This document shows positions 24,840 through 35,601 of a stretch of 39,225 nt of DNA, piece after piece. Made by a program: the position numbers and the translations under genes. Source of the DNA: Octopus bimaculoides (Eukaryota). The DNA lies in the NCBI RefSeq assembly GCF_001194135.2, contig NC_068983.1, positions 8,342,809 to 8,382,033 on the forward strand, in the 5' to 3' direction. Numbering within the stretch: the first letter of the stretch is position 1; every line of letters starts with the position of its first letter. Below the pieces are notes generated by a model. That model worked only from the letters and a program-made list of their open reading frames with translations. It had not been told where the DNA came from and made no database searches.

Positions 24840-24995
24840 ACGGTACTAATTTCAAATTCCGCCGTGGTCAACTTTGCATTTCATCCTTTCGGGCTTGATA
24901 AATTATGTACCAGTGAAATACTTGGGTCGATATAATCGACTATCCTCCTTCCCAAAATTTCAAACCTTGTGCCTATATTAGAAAGGATTATTCAT
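24840..24995 (+). mobile_element. SINE family B, 5'-degenerate
   Basis: ttcaaattccgccgtggtcaactttgcatttcatcctttcggg...ccttgtgcctatattagaaaggattatt. Confidence 0.8.
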
Positions 24996-25369
24996 GTTGC
25001 TTGTAGATATTACCATGTGCATATGGATGCATTGACAGTTGCACGTGTAAGTAATTATTCAATTAACATAGTTTCTGTGTTTTTTCCGTGGTTTCTGGTG
25101 CTGGTGTCGACTTCTTCCGTATGTCACATTGAAATATCACGCATTTAAAAAAGAAACTACACTATATGTAACGAAAATCTTTCCGATTTTTAAGTTCCTT
25201 TGCGTTAACAGGACTTTCCCCCATAGTTGTATCGTGAAACTTCCCTTCCATTGCACCGATGTTATTGGATTAATTTTGTTTTGTAGAGAGACCTTCTAAG
25301 ACTACGTCCATGTTGTTATTTAGCCCGGAGCTCTTAATATTATCATTGCTGTTTTTGTTGTTATTATAA

Positions 25370-25390
25370 TTATCATTGTTGTTGTTGTTC

Positions 25391-25448
<58 letters not shown>

Positions 25449-25675
25449 GGCGGCGAGCGGGCAGAACCGTTAGCACGCCGAATGAAACGCCTAATGGCAT
25501 TGCGTCTGTCTTTATGTTCTAAGCTCACATTCCGCCGGGGTCGACTTTGCCTCCTATCCTATCGGGGGTAGATAAATTAATTGCCAATGAAATACTGGGG
25601 TCGATGTAATGAGCTATTCCCTTCCCGCTAAACGCAGGCCTTGTGAATATTATAGAAAGGATTATTATCATTGTG
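25370..25675 (+). mobile_element. (GTT)/(ATT)n array (25370-25446) directly followed by a full-length SINE family B (25449-25675)
   Basis: GGCGGCGAGCGGGCAGAACCGTTAGC head; ends atagaaaggattattatcatt. Confidence 0.85.
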
Positions 25676-26275
25676 GTTTTTAGGTCCGTTTTTCCTAGTT
25701 GGTAGAGAGCAGACACAGATATTACTGAGACATAGTTTTACATCGGGAGGTCTTTTCAATTCTTAACTTTTTCTTAGATTCCAAGTAAGTGATCTCTTAT
25801 TCCACAAATGCGTGATAAAAAATTGCTATGACTTCTATTGCGTTTCCTGTCAGTGTTCTGAAATAAATGAGGTGGAAGAAACGGTTGCGGTTGTTGTTTA
25901 AATCAGGATCTTCTCTGAGATTGACCATAGTTATCAGGAAAGTTATTCCAGCCTTAATCTCCCCAGCCCTGTCTTCGGAAGTTTATTTTAGATCCTTTAT
26001 TTATCGTGTCTCTTTATTTTCAACATCGTTCAGCATAAATCGAAAATTTACGTAGATATTTGTTGCAAATAAACGGAACCACTTTGAGATTTCTTCATTA
26101 TTTTATTGAATGCAAATTACTTCCCTTTGTTATGTTTATTAAAAAATCAAATAAAGAAAAAAAATCGGAAACTTAATTAGAGTTTATATAAATATTGTTA
26201 AAAACCAATTTTTTTCCCACATGTATAATAAATTAGTATTTGATTGTTAATATAAGATAATGTTTGTACTTTGAC

Positions 26276-26339
26276 CTGATCTTTGTCAAACAGCTGTAGA
26301 AACAGATTTAATTTCTCAGATGAGGATTTAATTTGATCT
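26276..26339 (-). CDS. Candidate internal exon (xDQIKSSSEKLNLFLQLFDKDQ), EF-hand-entry-like
   Basis: Strong acceptor ((CT)n tract...tctttacag|). Only the phase-2 frame is open. The donor is weak (cag|gtcaaa, or aaa|gtacaa 6 nt later). Confidence 0.3.
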
Positions 26340-26344
26340 CTGTA

Positions 26345-26432
26345 AAGACAGAGAGGGAAAGAGAGAGAGAGATAGAAAGAGAGAGAAAGAAAGAGAGACA
26401 GAAAGAGAGAAAGAGAAACAAGGAAATAAAGA

Positions 26433-26469
<37 letters not shown>

Positions 26470-26480
26470 GAGAGGAGAGT
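26345..26480 (+). repeat. (GA)n-rich microsatellite
   Basis: Directly visible. Confidence 0.95.
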
Positions 26481-27539
26481 GTGACAAATAGAGACAAGAA
26501 TTACAATCAACAAGAATTCGAAAAATCTTTTAGAGAATATTCTCCGTATCGATAAATCGGAAACGGAGCAGCTGGTCTCACATATTTATTAAAGAAATAC
26601 TTTTGTGAGATAGAAAAAAAATATTCGATAGTTTCTAATCTTTTAAATACCTTAGCAAACGTTTGCATTTTGTACTTCAAACTCAAGTAGTTTTAGATAA
26701 GTCTCTTTGCAATCACTTGAATCCTCAGTTTCGCAGAATCAATACGTACAACAGCTGTATTGAATAATCTTCGACATTAATATTCTAGTAAAAATCGATG
26801 TAAAATTGATTAACAAAACATACAGCACGAGACTATATTTACATTCTAAGCACTCAATTTATAAAACTAAAGGCAATTATACCAATAATAGTTGTTCGAT
26901 ATAAAAGAAACGAAAACCGTTTTACTGTTGGTATAATGTGAACTCTACTCATTACTAGCACTACATACAATCTTCTCATTTTCGTAAGTAATAGCTGTCT
27001 CACGGTTGTCGAAAATAGATATACAAAAAATTACAAGTATTACCCACTTAAGTGAGAATGTACTCTTGAACTAATAATTTGTATAACTAGTATTGTTACT
27101 AGTCATTAAGGGGAAACCCTAAAACAGATGGGTGATCTGCTTTCGAAAATTGTAACCGAAATCTCCCTTAAATATAGTTCTACTATCTTAAAAATAAGAA
27201 CGACACATTGGACTATGTAGTCATGGAAATACGTGAATATGCGAAGGTCATAGTCATAACATTTTATTGTAGGTATGCTCGGCTATTGTTGATTTGCTGC
27301 CAGGTATTTTCATGTAATGATTGAATAGATATTCTTGGGAAAATGGAATCTTTTTTATGTCCCTATTGAACAAATATTCTTGAAATGACCACACAAAGAA
27401 ATTTTCATTTCATAAGCTGTAATTATCAGTCCGTCTAGGTAAAGGCCAAAGGTCATTTGAATAACTAGACGTACTGGTCAAATTACACTTAAAATAACAC
27501 CACTCTACCATGTGAAAAAAAACAGAAACCCTACATATA

Positions 27540-27784
27540 CCGCATCGGCCTCCCTGCCCTGTCTTCGCCCGTCCGGTTTTTCACTCCAACGCGGCGTCGC
27601 TCCGGCGTCTTAGTGGGAGCCACGTGGTAGGCGTCGTCGGGCGTCGCAGTAGCGGGTCCACCTCCCGGTCGTTTTGGCCCGCAAGGTTCCCCAAGGGGTG
27701 CTCTTCACCGAGTGTCCGAGGCGACCGGTACCTCTACTGTGAAAACATTAGAGTGCTCAGAGCGAGCCCCGCCGGCTTGCATAC
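27540..27784 (+). pseudogene. Orphan 18S rRNA fragment (V4 expansion region and the following conserved helix)
   Basis: ggtgctcttcaccgagtgtccgaggcgaccggtacctctactgtgaaaacattagagtgctcagagcgagccccgccggcttgcatac aligns by eye with the conserved eukaryotic 18S stretch (tgctctt..ctgagtgtc...tttactttgaaaaaattagagtgttcaaagcaggc...gcctggatac). It is preceded by acctcccgg and a GC-rich V4-like tract. No flanking rDNA. Confidence 0.8.
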
Positions 27785-28485
27785 GAAAGTCAATAAACAT
27801 CTCTAAAAGTTATTGCATTTTCAAACCTTCTTTCATATATATTTTCACTTCTGCGGTTCCTTACAACTTTATTTTCGCGTGAGTCGANNNNNNNNNNCTA
27901 TAATTTAAGTTAAATAGTTAATAATTTTATAAATATTTATTGGTATCAAAAAGTTGTAAACTACAGGTTGTGTATCCCGTATATGTAAGGCATGTGACTG
28001 GGACATTTCTCGTAAGAGGAGATGCTTCTTTTCTTCTGGTAACTTTTGTAAATCATCTCACTTGTTTTATTGAGAGTCAGATAGGAGCCGTAGGTATGAG
28101 TCCGTATGTCTCTACTACGTGATTGCTTGACCCACTGGAAATAATAGCATGCTGTCCCTCGTATCATATTCTACTCTTTTGAAGAATGAAATACATTTGC
28201 AACAATGAAATGTTACATACGTAATGCATTTTATGGTATATAAGGCGCACCCTGGTTGCAGAAGCGCATAATCGGGAAAAACGTTTTGAGGACTTTAAAG
28301 CTTATGGAAAGCCCAGTTCCATGCATAGGACCCCGGATGATTTCTAAAAACACTATTTGAAGAAATTGCATCATATAATGTCATCGAAATAGGTAAAGAA
28401 TTGGAGAAAGAACAGGTCGGTTATCGGCAGCCTTCATTTTATCATTGCCCGTTAATTTGAGACTTATATAGCTGTTAGAATTAGT

Positions 28486-28866
28486 GGAGGCGCAATGGCC
28501 CAGTGGTTGGGTTAGCGGACTCGCGATCATAGGATCGCGGTTTCGATTCTCAGACCGGGCGTTGTGAGTGTTTATTGAGCGAAAACACCTAAACTTCCAC
28601 GAGGCTCCGGCAGTGGATGGTGGCGAACCCTGCTGTACTCTTTCGCCACAACTTTCTCTTACTTCCTGTTTCTGTTGTGCCTGTAATTCAAAGGGTCAGC
28701 CTTGTCACACTGTGTCACGCTGAATATCCCCGAGAACTACGTTAAGGGTACACGTGTCTGCGGAGTGCTCAGCCACTTGCACGTTAATTTCACGAGCAGG
28801 CTGTTCCGTTGATCCGATCAACTGGAACCCTAGTCGTCGTAAACGACGGAGTGCCAACAACAACAA
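28486..28866 (+). mobile_element. tRNA-derived SINE family D, full length, (CAA)n tail
   Basis: A-box TGGCCCAGTGG, B-box-like GTTTCGATTCT, 3' hairpin CGTCGT-AA-ACGACG, then CAACAACAACAA. Confidence 0.85.
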
Positions 28867-29844
28867 GAAGCTGGTAGATTTAATCCGCTGTTCTTTTTAA
28901 CTTGAGTTTTAGGTTAGAAGATTCCAGTGTGTCTCCTGCATTCTGGGTTGATTTTTAGATAGGGAAAATGTTTCCTTCTTTCTTCTAAACGTTATGAAGG
29001 TCACAATATTGACATTTTCTCTGAGCAGTCAAAAGTAAATGTAAAATTAAAAACGATTGTTCTGCCAAGAACCTGTGAACATTATTTTGACTTGCTCTGC
29101 CCGTTGACCCCCCAGAAAGTCGTTATTACTTATACATTAAGTTATTCAGACATTTTATATTATGAGCTAAACTCACACTGATCATAGAGAAATTACAGAA
29201 ATTTATTGAGACAAGTGGTGGCTTCTGTTGGCAAAAATCACGTAAATAAATATCGAACAACGAGTAATAATGTTAGTTTGCTGGAAGAAGAAAGGAAATC
29301 TAAAATTTGGCGTGGGCACTTGTTTGGAGAATGTGAAAAAGAAAATGTAGGAGAGAAAGGGGATTGAAACACAGGGAGAGATCAGGGGAAAAAGACGAGG
29401 AAATAGAATTAGAAAAAGTAATACAGGATAGGGCGTGTAAAACGTGAGAGCAATTAAGAAGCGACAGCATAAGTGAAGAGATGGAATTATGGGATATATA
29501 AGCAAAAAGCCGGTGAATAATTTATAGCGTTTATAAAAATGAAACCAAACAAATTATATAATCATATAAAGAAACGAGTCAGTGTGAGAGACAGCCTAAT
29601 GAGACAACAAAATTAAAAAGTAGAAGGCAAAACGATAAAGACCAATAATTGGTCAAAAATAGGACGTAAAGAGAAAACTGTGGCATAGGAATATATCATA
29701 GCAACCATTATAAATAATATCATGTAATATAGCAATCGAAAAATGTTACTACATTCACAGTATATTGTGGTATTGCAAACGCAGTTATGAGTGAATGAAG
29801 AGGCGCTCCCATGTGGCTGTTCCACTAGATTTGATTTTGATGTC

Positions 29845-30011
29845 TTTTTTAGTCTTTTTAGTCTTTTAGTCTTTTATTTGTTTCAGTCATTTGACCTTGG
29901 CCATGCTGGAGCACCGCCTTTAGTCGAGCGTATCGACCCCAGGACTTATTCTTTGTAAGCCTAGTACTTATTCTATCAGTCTCTTTTTGTTTTGCCGAAC
30001 CGCTAAGTTAC
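29845..30011 (-). mobile_element. SINE family A 3' portion, cut by an N-gap
   Basis: Near-identical to 38616-38760, with a (TAAAAGAC)-type tandem tail. Confidence 0.9.
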
Positions 30012-30730
30012 NNNNNNNNNNNNNNNNNNNNNNNNNNNNNNNNNNNNNNNNNNNNNNNNNNNNNNNNNNNNNNNNNNNNNNNNNNNNNNNNNNNNNNNNN
30101 NNNNNNNNNNNNNNNNNNNNNNNNNNNNNNNNNNNNNNNNNNNNNNNNNNNNNNNNNNNNNNNNNNNNNNNNNNNNNNNNNNNNNNNNNNNNNNNNNNNN
30201 NNNNNNNNNNNNNNNNNNNNNNNNNNNNNNNNNNNNNNNNNNNNNNNNNNNNNNNNNNNNNNNNNNNNNNNNNNNNNNNNNNNNNNNNNNNNNNNNNNNT
30301 TTTTTAGAATCTCATAGCATTGTTTTCAGTGTGTTTGTGAGGGGAGACGCACTAGATAACGTGTTTTTTTTTTCTCATTAAAACTGGTGCATGCAAACAG
30401 AAGAAATAGTTACATTTTGAGTCTCTTTTGTCATCAACTAAACAAAATGTGGTAATTCATGTGGTAAACTCTGGAAAAATAAATGGTTTTCAATAACGAA
30501 AAGATATAATGCAGCTTGGAAGAAACTATAGTGCGGTAGACACCATGGGTGTTTCTCTCATGTACCTCACGTGTATTGAAGGTAAAACAATTACAATATG
30601 ATAGACACATATTAACCAGTCAGAAACACACAAAGATTGTTAACTTCACTTAACCATTTATTACTGGCAATCAAACATTTTCGTCGAACTAAACGCAACC
30701 TGGTCACCTGCACAGTAGCAATTATTTCAG

Positions 30731-30968
30731 AGCTGCGAGCTGGCAGAATAGTTAGCACGCAGGGCGAAATGCTTAGCGGTATTTCATCTACCGTTACGTT
30801 CTGAGTTGAAATTCAGCAGAGGTCGACTTGGCTTTTTATCCTTTCGGGGTCGATTAAATAAGTACCAGTTACTCACTGGAGTCATTGTAATTGACTGAAT
30901 CCCTTTGTCTGTCCTTGTTTGTCCCCCTCTATGTTTAGCTTCCCCCCTGTGGGCAATAAAGAAATAAA
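30731..30968 (+). mobile_element. SINE family B, variant 3' end
   Basis: gcgagctggcagaatagttagcacgcagggcgaaatgcttagcggt...gaggtcgacttggc...gtgggcaataaagaaataa. Confidence 0.85.
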
Positions 30969-31064
30969 TTATTTCATTGATCGAAAAAAAAAAAACATGA
31001 AATGCAAATATAACTCAGAATCAAAAAGAATCAACTATGTTACAGTGTATAATATAGAGCAGTG

Positions 31065-31375
31065 AATGTGTATGGCTTAGTAGTTAGGCAATCTGGCTCC
31101 CGGTCATATGATCGTGATTTCGATTCTCGACGACGTTATATGTACTTGAGCAAGCATCCTTATTTCATGTTGCTCCAATTCACTCAACTGTCAGAACGAG
31201 TAGTACCAACAGTTGAAAGGAAGGCCAGTCTTGTCACATTCTGTCTCATACTGACTACTCCTGAGTACTACACTAAGAGTAAGCATGTCTGGGCAGTGCT
31301 CAGTCACCTGAACGTTAATTTCTCGAGAAGGTTGTTTCATTGATCGGATCAATTAGAAACGTCGACGTGGCAGAG
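31065..31375 (+). mobile_element. Old SINE combining a family-C-type centre with a family-D-type 3' part
   Basis: Centre cttgagcaagc..tatttcatgttgctccaattcactca matches family C. The 3' part cttgtcaca...gtgctcagtcac.tgaacgttaatttctcgag...ttgatcggatcaa matches family D. Confidence 0.7.
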
Positions 31376-33134
31376 TATATAATACAACCCCGAGACATTC
31401 TACTGATGCATACCTTCCAGTTGACTGAATAGTAGCTGTATAATGTGACTGTCTGAAATTCATAATCCACTATTTATCAAACTTCGCATCATATTGCAGA
31501 ACGTGAGCGAGAGAGAGAGAGAGAGAGAACGATAAGCACGGGAAGAGAGACATAAGCACAGCAAAAGAGAGAGTGTGTGTGAGAGAGAGAGGTGGGAAGA
31601 GAGTTTGTGTTTGTAGCGTATTTCTCACTGTTTGTCTGGTGTAGTCGTTTTGTTTGCGCTTCGATTACAAGTGTTAGTACTCGTATATATGTATGTGCAA
31701 TTCTATACACTCACAAGTGTGTATGCGTTTCATTTGTTTGCACCATTTGTGTATGGAAGTGTTAATAGATATAGGTGTTTACGCGTCCGTGTGCACGCGT
31801 GTGTTTTGCCTTTATATGTATGTGTGTTTGTGTTTGCATGTGGGTGTGAGACCACAGATGGAGTTGTTCATGTGTACATGTGCCAAGTGTGATTTTTTTG
31901 CAAGGGGTTGCGTGTAATAATGTGCGTGTATGTTAATGTATATTTGGATATGTATATGAGCACATATGTTTATGTATTAGAACGTGTTTGTCTGTGTATG
32001 TATGTATTTATTTGTATGCAAGTTAATGCTTTTGCTATGGTGTATGTTGCAGTATTTACAACTTATTGGTTTTTGAAATTGTCTTTTCGATAACGCTCTT
32101 CATATCCAGCTGCGACAAGGAGCTGACATAACTATTTTTTATCTCCACACATTGTGTTCGTAAACGAACAAAACAAAGAAGACAACAAATCAGAAACACA
32201 CACAAAAACAAGAAGAAAAACGAAAAACGAAACAGGAAAGGAAACTTTAGTAGAATAAANNNNNNNNNNNNNNNNNNNNNNNNNNNNNNNNNNNNNNNNN
32301 NNNNNNNNNNNNNNNNNNNNNNNNNNNNNNNNNNNNNNNNNNNNNNNNNNNNNNNNNNNNNNNNNNNNNNNNNNNNNNNNNNNNNNNNNNNNNNNNNNNN
32401 NNNNNNNNNNNNNNNNNNNNNNNNNNNNNNNNNNNNNNNNNNNNNNNNNNNNNNNNNNNNNNNNNNNNNNNNNNNNNNNNNNNNNNNNNNNNNNNNNNNN
32501 NNNNNNNNNNNNNNNNNNNNNNNNNNNNNNNNNNNNNNNNNNNNNNNNNNNNNNNNNNNNNNNNNNNNNNNNNNNNNNNNNNNNNNNNNNNNNNNNNNNN
32601 NNNNNNNNNNNNNNNNNNNNNNNNNNNNNNNNNNNNNNNNNNNNNNNNNNNNNNNNNNNNNNNNNNNNNNNNNNNNNNNNNNNNNNNNNNNNNNNNNNNN
32701 NNNNNNNNNNNNNNNNNNNNNNNNNNNNNNNNNNNNNNNNNNNNNNNNNNNNNNNNNNNNNNNNNNNNNNNNNNNNNNNNNNNNNNNNNNNNNNNNNNNN
32801 NNNNNNNNNNNNNNNNNNNNNNNNNNNNNNNNNNNNNNNNNNNNNNNNNNNNNNNNNNNNNNNNNNNNNNNNNNNNNNNNNNNNNNNNNNNNNNNNNNNN
32901 NNNNNNNNNNNNNNNNNNNNNNNNNNNNNNNNNNNNNNNNNNNNNNNNNNNNNNNNNNNNNNNNNNNNNNNNNNNNNNNNNNNNNNNNNNNNNNNNNNNN
33001 NNNNNNNNNNNNNNNNNNNNNNNNNNNNNAAAAGAATTTGAATAGCACCTGCGTTTAACCCCATTTTTATATATATTTATATATATATATATATATACAT
33101 ACATATATACACTCATATATAATGGTCTAAAAGT

Positions 33135-33290
33135 TTGGCACAAAACCACCACTTTTAAAGGCCTGGTGGTCGACCATTACGTCGGTACCAGTGCTTTTAC
33201 ACATTTATGTGAGATACGTGTGTTAGATACATATGAGTATGTTTCAAGTTATACGGGCCAAGAGATCTGCTTAGAGTTCCTAATTATTAA
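33135..33290 (-). mobile_element. Degenerate family-B SINE remnant
   Basis: gtttggcacaaaacc...ggtcgaccattacgtcggtaccagtg matches the antisense family-B 3' part. Confidence 0.45.
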
Positions 33291-33599
33291 GTATGCTGTC
33301 ATATTTTACTCTTTGTTAACTCACTTTACAATGCAACTAAATTATGTAATCAAATGTGGCCTGCCCTGTGTTGAATAGGTATTCCCTAGAGTCCATGCAT
33401 TTTATATTCTCCATATACCCATTTTCTTTCTATCAGTTTAACTTGGGTCTTATAATAGAAAATAAAGGACTGCAAACTAGCAAGGAAATGAATAAAATTG
33501 CTTTGCACAGGAAAATGGTTAACCCTGTGTAAATTCTAATAACTGTCTTGTTGTCACTTATGTTCTACCATGAAAAGTCTCATTCTTTTAAAAGCACGA

Positions 33600-33680
33600 A
33601 ATGTGACTACATTATAAAATGTGCCTTTGTTTTCTGAAGATACTTTCAAAGATATTTTGAGCTGTTATTTCTAGCAGGCC
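33600..33680 (-). repeat. Unclassified dispersed repeat, related segments at ~27140-27222 (+) and ~35250-35280 (+)
   Basis: Shared motifs gctagaaata.ca and cacatt...atgtagtc. Short and diverged. Confidence 0.3.
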
Positions 33681-34115
33681 TTACGATCATGTAGAAGCTC
33701 TTTCTTGGATTTCTTCATGATGTACTCCCACACACTCAGACCATCGTTGATTTAAGAAGTAACCTAATCGATATGCACAATAGAAATTTAGATACAATTT
33801 ATCAAAATGCAAAGCATCTGAAAACTAATCAATATTTCAAACAAATATTTTTTTAATGTTGCCATGAACTGTAATGCATATTTATTTTTTTAATCTTTTA
33901 TCTAGATCTACAACTTTTAATATTAATCACGAGGCCCAGCCAAACATATTCACAATGTTTGAGATTGGATATAGAAGATTCGACATTCATACATTTCCCT
34001 ATCTCATAAAAGTTTGTGTTATAAATGAAAACCACGAAAACTATCATAAGAATATTTGTCCAATTTTGTAGTCATTTTGACACGCCATAGTTTTAATGTT
34101 ACGTAAAGGCGAATG

Positions 34116-34303
34116 TCATAATGAATACGATGTTCGACTCATGGTCAAGGGCATAGGTCCAATTCCAAGATTAAACGGCGAACGCTGTTCAGGAGCAAAG
34201 CACATCATTTTACATTGCTTCGGTCTATTCAACTGCCGTGAGTGCCAACCGGATACTAGTGAATCCCGTTTACCAGCCGGATGACACAACCTGAATGTTC
34301 TAC
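34116..34303 (-). CDS. Candidate (terminal?) exon, unidentified (GRTFRLCHPAGKRDSLVSGWHSRQLNRPKQCKMMCFAPEQRSPF...SYSL*)
   Basis: Strong acceptor ((CT)n...cttattgtttcag|), 61 open codons to TGA, locally higher GC. No recognisable domain. Confidence 0.25.
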
Positions 34304-34315
34304 CTGAAACAATAA

Positions 34316-34374
34316 GAAAGATAGAAAGTGAGAGAGAGAGAGAGAGAGTGAGTGAGAGAGAGAGAGAGAGAGAG

Positions 34375-34419
<45 letters not shown>

Positions 34420-34440
34420 TACAGAGACGGATACAGAGAG
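34316..34440 (+). repeat. (GA)n/(GT)n microsatellite
   Basis: Directly visible. Confidence 0.95.
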
Positions 34441-34834
34441 AGCATATTATATGATGCCTGTCATTAAGTCTTATCAGATCGCAAGTGTCGTCTGGTTGTG
34501 TTTAAACATGAATTTAATAATGAATTCTAACAGAAGGTTATTAACAATCAGTCTTCAATGTACATACATTAAACTAAATGGGACACATTAAGTTACTGCT
34601 ACTTATTCAAGAGACAAAAAGGAAGCAAATACCTCAGCACTTTCCAATATTTTAACACCTCTCTCAGCTATATATTTAAATGGATGTTCTCTCTGATTGC
34701 AGGCTTTTGAAAGTATTATATAATTTTTCTGCAGGCTTGCTACCCGGTTTCTGTGGCATATAAGTGAGCAAGATCACAACACCCTACTGATCGGTAGGCC
34801 AGTCCATTGCAGGATTCATTTCAGGCAATTTATA

Positions 34835-35012
34835 GGGTGGAACAAGTCGATTACATCCACCCTAGTCCTTGGTCTGTACTTTATTTTATCAACCTCGAAA
34901 CGATGAACGGAAAAGTCGAATTCAGTAGGACGTGTACTCAGAAGGTAAAGAGCCGGAAGAAATGTGACTAAGCACTTTATCCGAAGTGCTAATTACTCTA
35001 CGAATTCGCCTC
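34835..35012 (-). mobile_element. Degenerate family-B SINE
   Basis: gtcgattacatc.accc...tacttattttatcaacctcgaaacgatgaac...aagtcga...aattcgcc. Confidence 0.65.
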
Positions 35013-35514
35013 CTGTGTTAACACAATAACACGATTTTATATTGTAAATTTAAGCGTATATTCTCAGATTCTTTCGCAGTTGAGAGATACAAGTAATGGA
35101 ACAATTATATGTAACTGAGTGATTATATATCCTACATTGTAGAAGTTTTGATGTTTTTAACATCGCTCACAGACCCTCAGGAGTAACTTTGGAGCAGCTT
35201 AGAATTTCATGAAATCAAATGTGAGAACCGATGAATAACAAACTCGCTCGATGCTAGAAATAGCAAACAAACGTCTTTAAGAAAATAATATCTAGTTTCT
35301 TACCTATTAAACTATAACTGAAATGCATGTATGATAAAGGACAGGACGTGTTTGATATGAGACTAAACAACGACGCCAGCAATCTCGTGGTGGAATTTAA
35401 TTTTGCAGCAGGACTGTAGAAGCATCGACATAGCCGTTCGTCCTGTTTGAAATAGCAGTTAAACCCTGCTTTCCACTAATTAAATTAGACCATAGAAAGG
35501 AAAGAATACGTTAC

Positions 35515-35601
35515 TTGATCTTGTCCTGAATATGGAGAGTTACGGAACGGTCGGGATTGATGCATCTCTGATCATAGTTCTCCTGAATCAGGACGGATTT
35601 T
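35515..35601 (-). CDS. Candidate 87-nt symmetric (phase 2-2) exon (xKSVLIQENYDQRCINPDRSVTLHIQDKIx)
   Basis: Acceptor ttgttattgtttttcttag|, donor |gtaacg, a single open frame, length a multiple of 3. Confidence 0.4.

Larger units (their letters stand above)
2714..33029. other. Eleven assembly gaps (N-runs), most flanked by (TA)n
   Basis: N at 2714-3331, 6494-6770, 7711-8300, 9199-9787, 13605-13940, 16778-16936, 19773-19782, 21132-21306, 27888-27897, 30012-30299 and 32260-33029. All poly-X ORFs are artefacts of these. Confidence 0.98.

Noticed and set aside
25778-25784. 7-nt plus-strand microexon candidate (cttag|ATTCCAA|gtaagt)
   Set aside because: Frame-shifting length and no flanking exons identified.
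27961-28134. 57-codon open frame after a minus-strand acceptor, and a Cys-rich 72-nt plus-strand alternative
   Set aside because: Two mutually competing readings, neither resembling a known domain.
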